Shown one piece after another: positions 26,999-35,101 of a stretch of DNA of 46,750 nt. This DNA comes from a virus. Taxonomy: Duplodnaviria > Caudoviricetes. Numbering within the stretch: position 1 is the first letter of the stretch; each line of letters begins with the position of its first letter. The stretch is taken from positions 1-46,750 of the IMG/VR virus record IMGVR_UViG_3300032253_000001. One strand, given 5' to 3'. The notes under the pieces are model-generated. The model saw only the letters and a program-made list of their open reading frames with translations, made no database searches and was not told where the DNA came from. The position numbers and the translations under genes were made by a program.

Positions 26999-28779
26999 GC
27001 TGCCACTGCCTCCTGCGCTGCGGGCGTCGGTCCTTGGTTAACGGCTGAGCCACCCACGGCCTGCGCCCCGGCCCCCATGGCCTGCGCCCCGGCCCCCATG
27101 GCCTGCGCCCCGGCCCCCATGGCCCCTGCAGCCTCTCCACCGGCACGCAGGGCCTCGATAGTGCCCATGAGCTGCTGCAACTGAGCGTCCTGCTCGCGGT
27201 TCTGCTCCACCTTTTTGTCCTCAATAAAGAGGTCGGCGGGTGCGCCATTGCCACGACGCAGCAGGCTGGCATAACGGTCAACGTCCAGCCTGTCCATGAT
27301 CTCGGGTTTGAGCGCGGCGATCTCGATCATCCCGGCCACGGTACGCTGCGCACCCACGACCTCGTCCATATTCCGCATGCGGTCGAGCGGAGACGTAAAG
27401 GCGGGGCTCAGATCCTTGTCCACGAGGCTCTCGGGTGCCTCCAAGGGACTACCGGCGTCGAAGGCTCCCTTACGTCCGAGGATAGCGATTTCGCGATCCA
27501 CAAGCTGGCTCAGGCTATGGTTGAAGCTGATGCCCACGGGGCCGAGTAGGTCGCCCTTCTCCTGCGAGCGCAGCATGGCCTCCGTGGCCGTCATATCGGG
27601 GCTCTCGATCAGGATCTGCCAGAGGTTCAGGTAGAGCATCTCCCGCACGTTGTTGCGACGGGTCTCCAGCACAGCCTGCGCGAAATCGGGCCGGGTGTGC
27701 GTCATGATCGGTTGTACCAGCAGCTTGCCGTCACCGTTGATCAGGTTAGTGTTCACCGCGCCAGCGTTCAGGTTGATGCGCTGCATGTTCTCGCCGTAGG
27801 CGGCGAGGGGCGGGCGCACAGCCTGCTGACTGGAGATCAACTCGTTCTTGCTCATCTCGTTCAGCGACTTGATCTCGGCCAGCGCCAAGGCCATTGGCCC
27901 CTCGCTGTAGCGACGACCCGCGATGCGGTTCCAGCTGTGGCCGATATAAGGCATCTCCCAGTAGCCTGTCTCGCCCAGAATGCTCTCCGCGTCCACGTCG
28001 ATATAGACCCCGGCGTAGGGGGCCTTCAGAACGCCAAAGCCCTTGTAGCGACTGAGATCGTCTCGGGGTATGACGGCGTGGGCAATAGGGAATTTGGTCA
28101 GCCGCTTCGTGGGATCGTCTGCGTAGGCCTTGATCTTGGCGCTGGCGTTATCGGGCCAGCGCCGAGCGATCTGTTCCGCAGTCAGGTTGCGGTAGCGGTA
28201 GAAGCGCAGCATCTGGCCGCTCATGTCCACCGTTAGGTAACACTCGCCGAGAGGCACGAACTCGTAGCGCCACGGTGTGCGGACGTCGCCGAACAACTCC
28301 TCGTGGAAGATGAAACCGTCACCCAGTGCGCAGGTGCTGCGCACGGCGGCCTTGTGCGCGGGCCAGAAGCCCGACTTGGGGTTGCTGCGGACCTTGAAGA
28401 GATAGCGCGTCAGCTTATCCATCCACGCCTCCTCCTGCAGCTCCGCCTCGTGGCCAAAGGGATCGTCCACGTCGAGGCTGTGCCACTGGCTGGCTTCGGG
28501 TGTCTTCAGGGAGATCAGCCCTGCGGTCAGACGCTCGATGGCCCAGAGACTGGTCTGGTCGTAGAGGGTCTTGGTGGTGCGCTGGGCGGGAGGCGATGAC
28601 ACGACGGCTGTGGCCGAGCGTACGTTGCCCTGCATGAGTAGCTGGTCGTAGCTGACGTCGGCGGGCAGTGCGAAGCGCATGCAGTCGAGCCAATACTTGT
28701 CCCAGCCCTGAGCGACCCGGTCGCTGACCAACTCGTTCAGTTCCCTGACGAGCGTCGATGCCGTGTCAGCCCCCAGCAT
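26995..28779 (-). CDS. portal (T7-like head-tail connector)
   Basis: LYDQT...L.AGL, RYSEGP...L, PPL, MTATE...R.QEK..LGP, FTSPL. Confidence 0.9.
   Translation of the reverse strand: MLGADTASTLVRELNELVSDRVAQGWDKYWLDCMRFALPADVSYDQLLMQGNVRSATAVVSSPPAQRTTKTLYDQTSLWAIERLTAGLISLKTPEASQWHSLDVDDPFGHEAELQEEAWMDKLTRYLFKVRSNPKSGFWPAHKAAVRSTCALGDGFIFHEELFGDVRTPWRYEFVPLGECYLTVDMSGQMLRFYRYRNLTAEQIARRWPDNASAKIKAYADDPTKRLTKFPIAHAVIPRDDLSRYKGFGVLKAPYAGVYIDVDAESILGETGYWEMPYIGHSWNRIAGRRYSEGPMALALAEIKSLNEMSKNELISSQQAVRPPLAAYGENMQRINLNAGAVNTNLINGDGKLLVQPIMTHTRPDFAQAVLETRRNNVREMLYLNLWQILIESPDMTATEAMLRSQEKGDLLGPVGISFNHSLSQLVDREIAILGRKGAFDAGSPLEAPESLVDKDLSPAFTSPLDRMRNMDEVVGAQRTVAGMIEIAALKPEIMDRLDVDRYASLLRRGNGAPADLFIEDKKVEQNREQDAQLQQLMGTIEALRAGGEAAGAMGAGAQAMGAGAQAMGAGAQAVGGSAVNQGPTPAAQEAVAA
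27058..27120. repeat. 3 x 21-bp perfect tandem repeat in the portal C-terminal tail
   Basis: GGCCTGCGCCCCGGCCCCCAT x3, encoding MGAGAQA. Confidence 0.9.
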
Positions 28780-28782
28780 ACC

Positions 28783-28992
28783 TCAGGCCGCCGCGCTGCC
28801 GCCACCACCCAGTCGGGTGGCGGACGTGGTGGCTCCGCCCAGTGTCCCGGTGGGGCTGGTGAAGATGTTGCCGAACGCGCCTGTGGCGTTCTGCCGACGG
28901 CGCTGGAAAAGCTGGGCCACGGCACCGCCCTTGCGCCGGGTGGGAGGGGCCGCTGGTGAGGGAATGTCCGGAGTCTTCATCGAGAGGCACAT
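28783..28992 (-). CDS. small virion protein preceding the portal
   Basis: MC..KTP..P..PP...IFTSPTG..G...LG pattern typical of this position. Confidence 0.65.
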   Translation of the reverse strand: MCLSMKTPDIPSPAAPPTRRKGGAVAQLFQRRRQNATGAFGNIFTSPTGTLGGATTSATRLGGGGSAAA

Positions 28993-29036
28993 GGTGGGGC
29001 CACCTTTCGTGGGATATCAATATGTTGTGCGGAACC

Positions 29037-29495
29037 CTACACTGTCAGGGCGCGTCTGAAAAGGACGAAGTCTTCACCCCCCGCGCCGAACCCGGTCAGC
29101 GTGGCGACAGGGCTGGCCCCCAATGCTACCAACCACCTGTGCGCGGCATCGTGCGAGGCAATGCTGCGTGCCTCGGCCCAGCGATAGCCATGTAGCCTCA
29201 GATCATGCGCCAGTGGGCCGTTGATGAAGCGGGTCAGCGCCGGGACTGCACGAGTGAAGTGGCCTGTCCCCACAGCCCACGCGCTCACGGTGGTGGCGGA
29301 GATCGGGGAGGCCCCGAAGATGGCCACGGGCCTGTCGTGCAGCCGGATCTGGTACGCCCACGGGGTGGAGAGGCAGACGGCGGCTATGTCGAGAGCCGTG
29401 GCATCACCATAGGTGCCCTGCAGCTCGACCCTGTCGGCCTCTCGCAGGTTGGCCAGCACGTAGGTGCAGTCGCGCAGGTTCAGGGCAATGATCAT
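29037..29495 (-). CDS. GNAT-like protein (T7 gp13/DUF2833-like)
   Basis: NLREADRVE...PVAIFG...WAVGT...H.AAHRWL..LG. Confidence 0.65.
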   Translation of the reverse strand: MIIALNLRDCTYVLANLREADRVELQGTYGDATALDIAAVCLSTPWAYQIRLHDRPVAIFGASPISATTVSAWAVGTGHFTRAVPALTRFINGPLAHDLRLHGYRWAEARSIASHDAAHRWLVALGASPVATLTGFGAGGEDFVLFRRALTV

Positions 29496-31234
29496 ATATC
29501 CCAGTCCCCCAGCGGGTCGATCTCGGGTACGCTGGACGTCTGTTTGCGGAAGTCCCCCAGATCCTCATTCCACCCGCCTAGCTCCACGGGGATAGGATCA
29601 ATGCTGTGCTCCCGGGCCATGGCTGTAGGCAGATAGTGTTTGGCCATGATCACGGCATCGGCCTCGTCGGTCGAGGTGCCGATGCGCTTGCGCACGTCAT
29701 CCTTGGCCTCCACGAGGATCTGGTTACCCCTGACGCCGAAGTGGGGGGCCGTCAACTGGGCGCGCAGGCGGTCGCCCGGCGGCAGCATGATGTCGGAGTT
29801 CTCGTCGGGGTCCAGCGCCTCCCTGAACTTCCACCACATCTCGGCGCGCAGGTTGTAGAACCTCAGGCTCATGTCACGCGTCCACGCCGTCGATCCGGCG
29901 GACGCCACACAGCTGATGGCCGCGATGCGGTGATTGTCTCGCAGGTTGTCCCGCGTGCTGATCCCCCATCCGCCCGTCATGTCCAGCGCGATGGTGGCGC
30001 GGTCGCGCCGGGTCTTCAGTATCCGTGCTACAACGCTGGGGCCGTCGGGCGTCTCACTTCCGGGAAAGGTCTGCAGTTCCTCGAAGAAGCCATCCTCCCG
30101 CAGGGGTGCCAGCACGGTGATGTCGGCCCCGCCCTGTGCGATGTCAGCCGCCAGCACCCGCATGGCTGCCTTGCGCATGTCGTGGTCGGCCTCCAGCCGG
30201 GATACATACTCCCGCCAGCGATCCTGAGCAGTCAGCACCCAGTTGGTGGGGATGACCTGCATATCGTGATCCGCCAGCTTGATGCCGAAAGCGCCGTGCA
30301 GCAGCATGGTGCGAAGGGGCTCCGGCGTGGCCGACAGCTTCTCGAGGTAGCCGGTCCCGGCGAGGAACTGGTTATCGGTGACCAGCGACTGGACAAATGT
30401 GCGGCTCTTGGAACTGGCAAGGCTCAGGCTCTTGATCTGCGCCTGTGTGGGCTCGCCTACGTGTTGCTCGCCCGTCTTGATGACGTACCAGCCCGGACCA
30501 TCGACCCAGACCGTCTCGTACTGGTTGCCTCTGGTGCGCATGTAGCACCAGCGTAGCTCGCCGCTCTTGGCCTTTTGATCCTCGGGCAGATCGGGATCAA
30601 TCCACGGCGCGAACCAGCGCTTGAGCCAGTCGCCCGTGCTGACGTCCGTCATCGAGCCGTCCTTGAGGTCGGGTACTGGTGGGTTGGTAGCAAAGACCAC
30701 CCGGCAGCGCTGGCCGGGTGTGGTGCTCCTGAGCCAGCGCATGACGAACTCGACCTTCAACTCATCTAGCTGGGCGGCCTCGTCGAAGCAGATCAGATCG
30801 TGGGGGCGGCCCTGCCAGCTCTTCTCCGAGCCCGGCTTCTCGAGGTGCCCCATATCAACTACGCGGCCATCAATGGTTCGCATGTGCTTCTTGACGCCAT
30901 TGCGCGTGCTGATCCGGCTGATGGGGTCAAGAATACCCTCCAGCCGCTCCCAGATGCCGTCGAGATCGGTGCTCTGCCGCCGGAAAATCAGCGTGCGCTC
31001 GTGCAGGGTGGTGGCGAGGCCGCAGACGAGGTCGGTTTTGCCTCCCCCGGCTGCGCCGCCGTAGAGCATCTCATCGGCTTGACTGTGGTATGCCGTGAAC
31101 TGCGGCCCGGGTTGGGGCTGCCACGCCAGCTGCAGCTCCGCGTGCAACTGGTCCACAAGTTGCTCGCGCTCGGTGTCGCCCATGCGCCGGATCCGCTCTG
31201 CGATATCGTCGAGGTTGAGGCCCAGATCACTCAT
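29492..31234 (-). CDS. terL: terminase large subunit
   Basis: YGGAAGGGKT Walker A, ICFDEA Walker B, ATNPP, ADIAQGGAD nuclease motif, C-terminal DEADA. Confidence 0.93.
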   Translation of the reverse strand: MSDLGLNLDDIAERIRRMGDTEREQLVDQLHAELQLAWQPQPGPQFTAYHSQADEMLYGGAAGGGKTDLVCGLATTLHERTLIFRRQSTDLDGIWERLEGILDPISRISTRNGVKKHMRTIDGRVVDMGHLEKPGSEKSWQGRPHDLICFDEAAQLDELKVEFVMRWLRSTTPGQRCRVVFATNPPVPDLKDGSMTDVSTGDWLKRWFAPWIDPDLPEDQKAKSGELRWCYMRTRGNQYETVWVDGPGWYVIKTGEQHVGEPTQAQIKSLSLASSKSRTFVQSLVTDNQFLAGTGYLEKLSATPEPLRTMLLHGAFGIKLADHDMQVIPTNWVLTAQDRWREYVSRLEADHDMRKAAMRVLAADIAQGGADITVLAPLREDGFFEELQTFPGSETPDGPSVVARILKTRRDRATIALDMTGGWGISTRDNLRDNHRIAAISCVASAGSTAWTRDMSLRFYNLRAEMWWKFREALDPDENSDIMLPPGDRLRAQLTAPHFGVRGNQILVEAKDDVRKRIGTSTDEADAVIMAKHYLPTAMAREHSIDPIPVELGGWNEDLGDFRKQTSSVPEIDPLGDWDI

Positions 31235-31649
31235 CGGGTAGCACCACAGCCTCGATCACGTCGCTGTCAGCGGCCACACCGCGCTGCAGGACATTGATCA
31301 GTGCCAGCGCCAGTCGCCTGTCATCCGCCGCATTCGCCGGGTCGAGCTTGGCGGCCTCCTGTTCCTCAGGGGCGGCGGCCTTCTCCGCGCCCTCAATCAG
31401 CTTCAGGATGGCAGGCAGGTCGTTCAGGCGCTCCAAATGCTCGATTGCCTTGTCGTACGGGCGCTCGTGCTCCGCGATATGCTCGTCCACAGAGGTGATC
31501 AGACTGACCGCGCGCAGACTGCGCTGCCGGATGCCCATGGCGATCTCGGCGTTCGCTCGACGCATGTCCTTGAGTTCTTTGGACAAAACACCGGGCAGGT
31601 TGCCGCGCGGGCCGCCAAAGCGGGTGGGGTTCGATGGACTGAAGGGCAT
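31227..31649 (-). CDS. terminase small subunit (probable)
   Basis: Directly upstream of and overlapping terL; SD GAGGAG; N-terminal RFGGPRGNLPG. Confidence 0.65.
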   Translation of the reverse strand: MPFSPSNPTRFGGPRGNLPGVLSKELKDMRRANAEIAMGIRQRSLRAVSLITSVDEHIAEHERPYDKAIEHLERLNDLPAILKLIEGAEKAAAPEEQEAAKLDPANAADDRRLALALINVLQRGVAADSDVIEAVVLPDE

Positions 31650-31743
31650 TTAGCTCCTCGCTTAAAAGCCTTATTTTGCTGCACTTTACGCCCTTTTTTA
31701 GTCGCTGACGACCACTTTTTTCGTAAATAGGTGGGTCCACCTA

Positions 31744-31772
31744 TTGACCCCACCATCTTTAGCGCTTATCTA
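31744..31772 (+). promoter_or_regulatory. sigma70-type promoter of the putative early operon
   Basis: TTGACC-17 nt-TATCTA in the AT-richer divergent intergenic region. Confidence 0.6.
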
Positions 31773-31796
31773 GTGTGTTGAGGCCGGTGGTCTCGC

Positions 31797-31808
31797 CGCT
31801 CTTTGACA
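31797..31808 (+). promoter_or_regulatory. boxA-like antitermination element
   Basis: CGCTCTTTGACA about 25 nt after the -10 box, preceded by the small hairpin CGGTG-GTCT-CGCCG. Confidence 0.6.
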
Positions 31809-31938
31809 TCGTGAAAGCAGTCAGCCTAGCCTCCCGGCGATGATGGCAAGTCTCTCCAGACTGTGTTCTTCAGCCAGCCCTTCACAGGGCTGGCTTCACG
31901 AGCGCAATCGCTCGATTACAGCAAAAATGGAGACCGAC

Positions 31939-32142
31939 ATGAAAAAGACCGTTATCGCCCCGAACTCTCTTGGTCATGATAAAGAGATGGACCGCGAAGA
32001 GTATGTCAGGCGGGCCGTCATGGACCCCCGCTGCATGGCGTTCGACGATGACACGCGGGAGACCGCCGAGCGCCTGTTGATGCAGCAGCGCGACTTCGCC
32101 CACATCTGCTTTGACGCCCTCTACGCCCGCCAGAACGCTTGA
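31939..32142 (+). CDS. early hypothetical protein (67 aa)
   Basis: SD GGAG and repeat leader before ATG 31939. Confidence 0.75.
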   Translation: MKKTVIAPNSLGHDKEMDREEYVRRAVMDPRCMAFDDDTRETAERLLMQQRDFAHICFDALYARQNA

Positions 32143-32218
32143 GCACCTCGGCCAGCCGCCCCTACCCGGGGCGTCTGGGACGGGCGCTCAGCCCGATTAC
32201 AGCAAATTGGAGACCGAC

Positions 32219-32452
32219 ATGAACACTACACAAGCAGACCGCATCTTCAGCAACTTCGACGCCGCCATGATCGTGGAGGGCCAGTGGGAACTGACGGGTG
32301 AGGAGCCCGACGAAGAGGTTTACTTCGCAGCCGCTCAGCACCTGATCGACACCGGCCTCGCGTGGTCGCTGCAGGGCTTCTTCGGACGCCAGTGCAGCCA
32401 CCTGATCGAGGCGGGTTACTGTCGCCCGGCACCGGAGGAGGTGCCATCGTGA
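32219..32452 (+). CDS. early hypothetical protein (conserved small phage protein)
   Basis: QHLIDTGLAWSLQGFFGR..LIEAG motif; repeat leader. Confidence 0.8.
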   Translation: MNTTQADRIFSNFDAAMIVEGQWELTGEEPDEEVYFAAAQHLIDTGLAWSLQGFFGRQCSHLIEAGYCRPAPEEVPS

Positions 32453-32787
32453 GCCTGAACAACCAGTCCAACTTATCCCGCGTAAAGCGCATCCTAGACG
32501 CGCTGGACCTAATCGAGGTGTCTGCCAAGTCAAACCGGGCCTCTCCCGACGACGTGGCAGCCCTGCTACGCCCCGTCACGGCGCGTCTGGTGCCCCCGGG
32601 GGCATCCCCAACCCCTCAGACGCCGCCTGCGGCTTCTGCGGCCCCCGTGGCCCCCGCCGGGGCCGCTCGTGAGGCGGTAGGCCCCGGCGTACCCTCACGC
32701 GACCGAGAGGACATACGACAGGCTCTGGCCGATCTCACCCGCGACGTGGGTAATCTACGAAGCGTCGTACTGGGATGGCCCGTCTGA
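32449..32787 (+). CDS. early hypothetical protein
   Basis: GTG start coupled to the previous stop; SD GGAGG. Confidence 0.65.
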   Translation: MSLNNQSNLSRVKRILDALDLIEVSAKSNRASPDDVAALLRPVTARLVPPGASPTPQTPPAASAAPVAPAGAAREAVGPGVPSRDREDIRQALADLTRDVGNLRSVVLGWPV

Positions 32788-32868
32788 TATGAGCACCAAG
32801 ATCTGCAGCCCCGCTCGGGGCTGCAGCGCCGGGCGCTCAGCCCGATCACAGCAAAATGGAGACTAGAC

Positions 32869-33771
32869 ATGTTTAACGACGTAGCATTCAACGCCCAAGT
32901 CCGCGACATCTTCGACGCCAATGGCAACCGGGTTCCCCGGGACATTGGCCGGGGGGTGTATCGTGACGACAGCGACGAACTGATCTCGATCTGCGGTCCG
33001 GCCTTCAAGCCCGTTCAGCACATGGACGTGCTGGAGCCGCTTATGCGGGGCCTCGAGGAGCAGGGTTACGCCGTCGAGGAGCGCACCGGAGCCACCCGCT
33101 CGGCCCTCCACGACCTGAAGGGCCGCAAGGGCGCATGGATCTCGCCAAAGGTAACCGATAACGGCGCAGTGATGCGCACGGATATCATCCTCGGCGACTT
33201 CATCGAGCCCACTGGCTCGACCAGCTATCTCGCCGATGGCCCGGATACCAACTTCTTCCGGGTCTCGATCCTCAACAGCCACAACAGCAAGTACGCGGTC
33301 AGGGTGAACACCTCGTACCTGCGCGTCATCTGCATGAACGGCATGACCCAGCCGCACTTCTCGGCTGGCGTCTACGGCAAGCACACCAGCGGCTTCTCGG
33401 TCGATGGTTTGCAGCGCCAGATTGCCAGCGCCATGCAGATGATGGGCGACGACGCCGACCGCTTCGGCCTCTGGGCTAAGACCAAGGTCAGTATCGATCA
33501 GGCGACTGACTTCTTGAAGCTCACCCTCGCCAAGCTACCCAATAAGGCGACTGGCGAGGCCCACCATAGCGAGCCCCTCCTGAACAAGATCATGGCCCGC
33601 TTCCGGGTCGAAGATCAGACCCTTTGGGGATTGTATAACGCCGTCACGTGGTGGCAGACGCACGACGACTTCCGCGCCAATGCCGACCGGCTCACCGCCG
33701 GTATCGGACGCGAGCAGAAGGTCGCCTCGATGCTGAAGTCGCCGGTGATGGAGGAAATGTTCGCTATCTGA
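32869..33771 (+). CDS. DUF932/DUF945-family phage/plasmid protein
   Basis: YRDD...G..FKPVQH, ILNSHN, RVICMNG, GKHT, TLWGLYNAVT..TH. Confidence 0.8.
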   Translation: MFNDVAFNAQVRDIFDANGNRVPRDIGRGVYRDDSDELISICGPAFKPVQHMDVLEPLMRGLEEQGYAVEERTGATRSALHDLKGRKGAWISPKVTDNGAVMRTDIILGDFIEPTGSTSYLADGPDTNFFRVSILNSHNSKYAVRVNTSYLRVICMNGMTQPHFSAGVYGKHTSGFSVDGLQRQIASAMQMMGDDADRFGLWAKTKVSIDQATDFLKLTLAKLPNKATGEAHHSEPLLNKIMARFRVEDQTLWGLYNAVTWWQTHDDFRANADRLTAGIGREQKVASMLKSPVMEEMFAI

Positions 33772-33844
33772 GCACCAAGATCTGCAGCCCCTCCCGGGGC
33801 TGCAGCGCCGGGCGCTCAGCCCGATCACAGAGGAGTATAAAACT

Positions 33845-34396
33845 ATGGGAACACGTGGAGCAATCGGTTGGATCCTCGACGGCGAGGTAAAAGCCATTTA
33901 CAACCACTTCGACAGCTACCCCGATGTCCTCGGGCGAAAAATGCTGGACGCCTTCAACGCCATGCAGGGTGACCTCGGCGGCTGGAAGGCCAAGGCCAAG
34001 GCACTGACATTCGTCGAGGGTGAGCCTACCCCCGACGATATCGAACGCCTTACGGCCATGGGCATAACCCCCCAAACAGTGAGTACGGGAAGGGATTGGT
34101 ACGCGTGGCTTCGTAACCCTCAGGGTGACTTGCTCGAAATCCTGAATATGGGTCTCGCGGAAGACGGCACGGACTTTTTGGGCGACAGCCTGTTCTGTGA
34201 ATACGCCTATCTGGTGGATTTCGACAGCAACGAACTGGTGTGCCTCAAGGGGTTCAACAAGAAAGAGGCCGATGCGTGGCCGCCCGCTCAAAAGATGGTG
34301 ACGAGGCGTAATACCTACCACGCCGTTAGCCTCGCCGGTCGCTTGGCCCCGAGCAGCACCTACACGGACATGGGGGATATCTACTTCACCGAGTAA
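33845..34396 (+). CDS. early hypothetical protein (MGTRG...YNHFDSYP family)
   Basis: MGTRGAIG, YNHFDSYP..LG, FL.DSLFCEYAYLVDFD; repeat leader. Confidence 0.8.
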   Translation: MGTRGAIGWILDGEVKAIYNHFDSYPDVLGRKMLDAFNAMQGDLGGWKAKAKALTFVEGEPTPDDIERLTAMGITPQTVSTGRDWYAWLRNPQGDLLEILNMGLAEDGTDFLGDSLFCEYAYLVDFDSNELVCLKGFNKKEADAWPPAQKMVTRRNTYHAVSLAGRLAPSSTYTDMGDIYFTE

Positions 34397-34460
34397 ACCG
34401 GGTAGCCCCCGCCCGGGACTACAGCGCCGGGCGCTCAGCCCGATCACAGAGGAGAACATC

Positions 34461-34892
34461 ATGAACCAAGCCGCACACCTGCTCACCCTGTCCAGCGTCG
34501 CGGAGGAGGACGCCACGGGCCGCTTCTACGCCTTTGCCACTCGCCTGCACGACGGAGAGACCGTCTATATCCCCTCGCTGATCTGTGAGAAGGAGGGCAT
34601 CGACTACAGCACCATCGGAGACCGCCTCTGGGCCTTTTGCAGTCAGGTGCCGGGTCGGGGGGACGGTACCCGCCTCACGGCCTTTGTACGCTGGGATGGC
34701 GACGACGAAAAGGCCGATCACGTCGAGGTCAGGTTTGTCGAAAACATTCCCCTCGGCGATACCGAGACCCTTCTCGCGGCCATCCGCCTGCAGCGCGATC
34801 TGCTCGAGAAGATCGAGCGCTCGATGGGTGTCAGCGTGCGCTATCTGCAGAGCCGCGTGGACGCCGCCGAGGCGACCAAGCCCGACGCATAA
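34461..34892 (+). CDS. early hypothetical protein
   Basis: SD GAGGAG; repeat leader; ends at the terminator. Confidence 0.75.
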   Translation: MNQAAHLLTLSSVAEEDATGRFYAFATRLHDGETVYIPSLICEKEGIDYSTIGDRLWAFCSQVPGRGDGTRLTAFVRWDGDDEKADHVEVRFVENIPLGDTETLLAAIRLQRDLLEKIERSMGVSVRYLQSRVDAAEATKPDA

Positions 34893-34896
34893 AATC

Positions 34897-34928
34897 AGCC
34901 CCCGGCGAGTGATCGCCGGGGCTTTTTT
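34897..34928 (+). terminator. intrinsic terminator of the early operon
   Basis: AGCCCCCGGCGA-GTGA-TCGCCGGGGCT followed by a T-tract. Confidence 0.85.
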
Positions 34929-34943
34929 GCGTCCAAATTTCCA

Positions 34944-35101
34944 AGTCTGTAGCGACTAGAATAGGGCAACCACGGAGCTTTTCCTTATATAGGGGGGACT
35001 TTTGTATTTTCACAACCTATGGTTGTAAATATAAAAGTCGTCGTTCTCATATAGAAAGCTCCGTGGTTGCCCTATTCTAGTCTGTAGCGACTAGAATAAG
35101 G
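34944..35101. repeat. long palindrome with direct repeats; candidate replication origin
   Basis: Perfect 28-bp inverted repeat (34954-34981 / 35055-35082) around an AT-rich imperfect inner palindrome; 20-bp direct repeat (34944-34963 / 35079-35098). Confidence 0.85.

Larger units (their letters stand above)
31872..34463 (+). repeat. five copies of a double-hairpin leader element (31872-31941, 32140-32221, 32790-32871, 33769-33847, 34397-34463)
   Basis: Each copy is hairpin 1 + CGGGCGCTCAGCCCG (copy 1: CGAGCGCAATCGCTCG) + AT(T/C)ACAG + SD + ATG. Confidence 0.9.

Noticed and set aside
27058-27120. Functional significance of the portal 21-bp repeat
   Set aside because: It lies in the low-complexity C-terminal tail and is probably neutral slippage.
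31872-34463. CRISPR array or integron attC sites
   Set aside because: The spacers are whole genes of variable length, there is no cas operon or IntI, and the repeats lack the GTTRRRY core.
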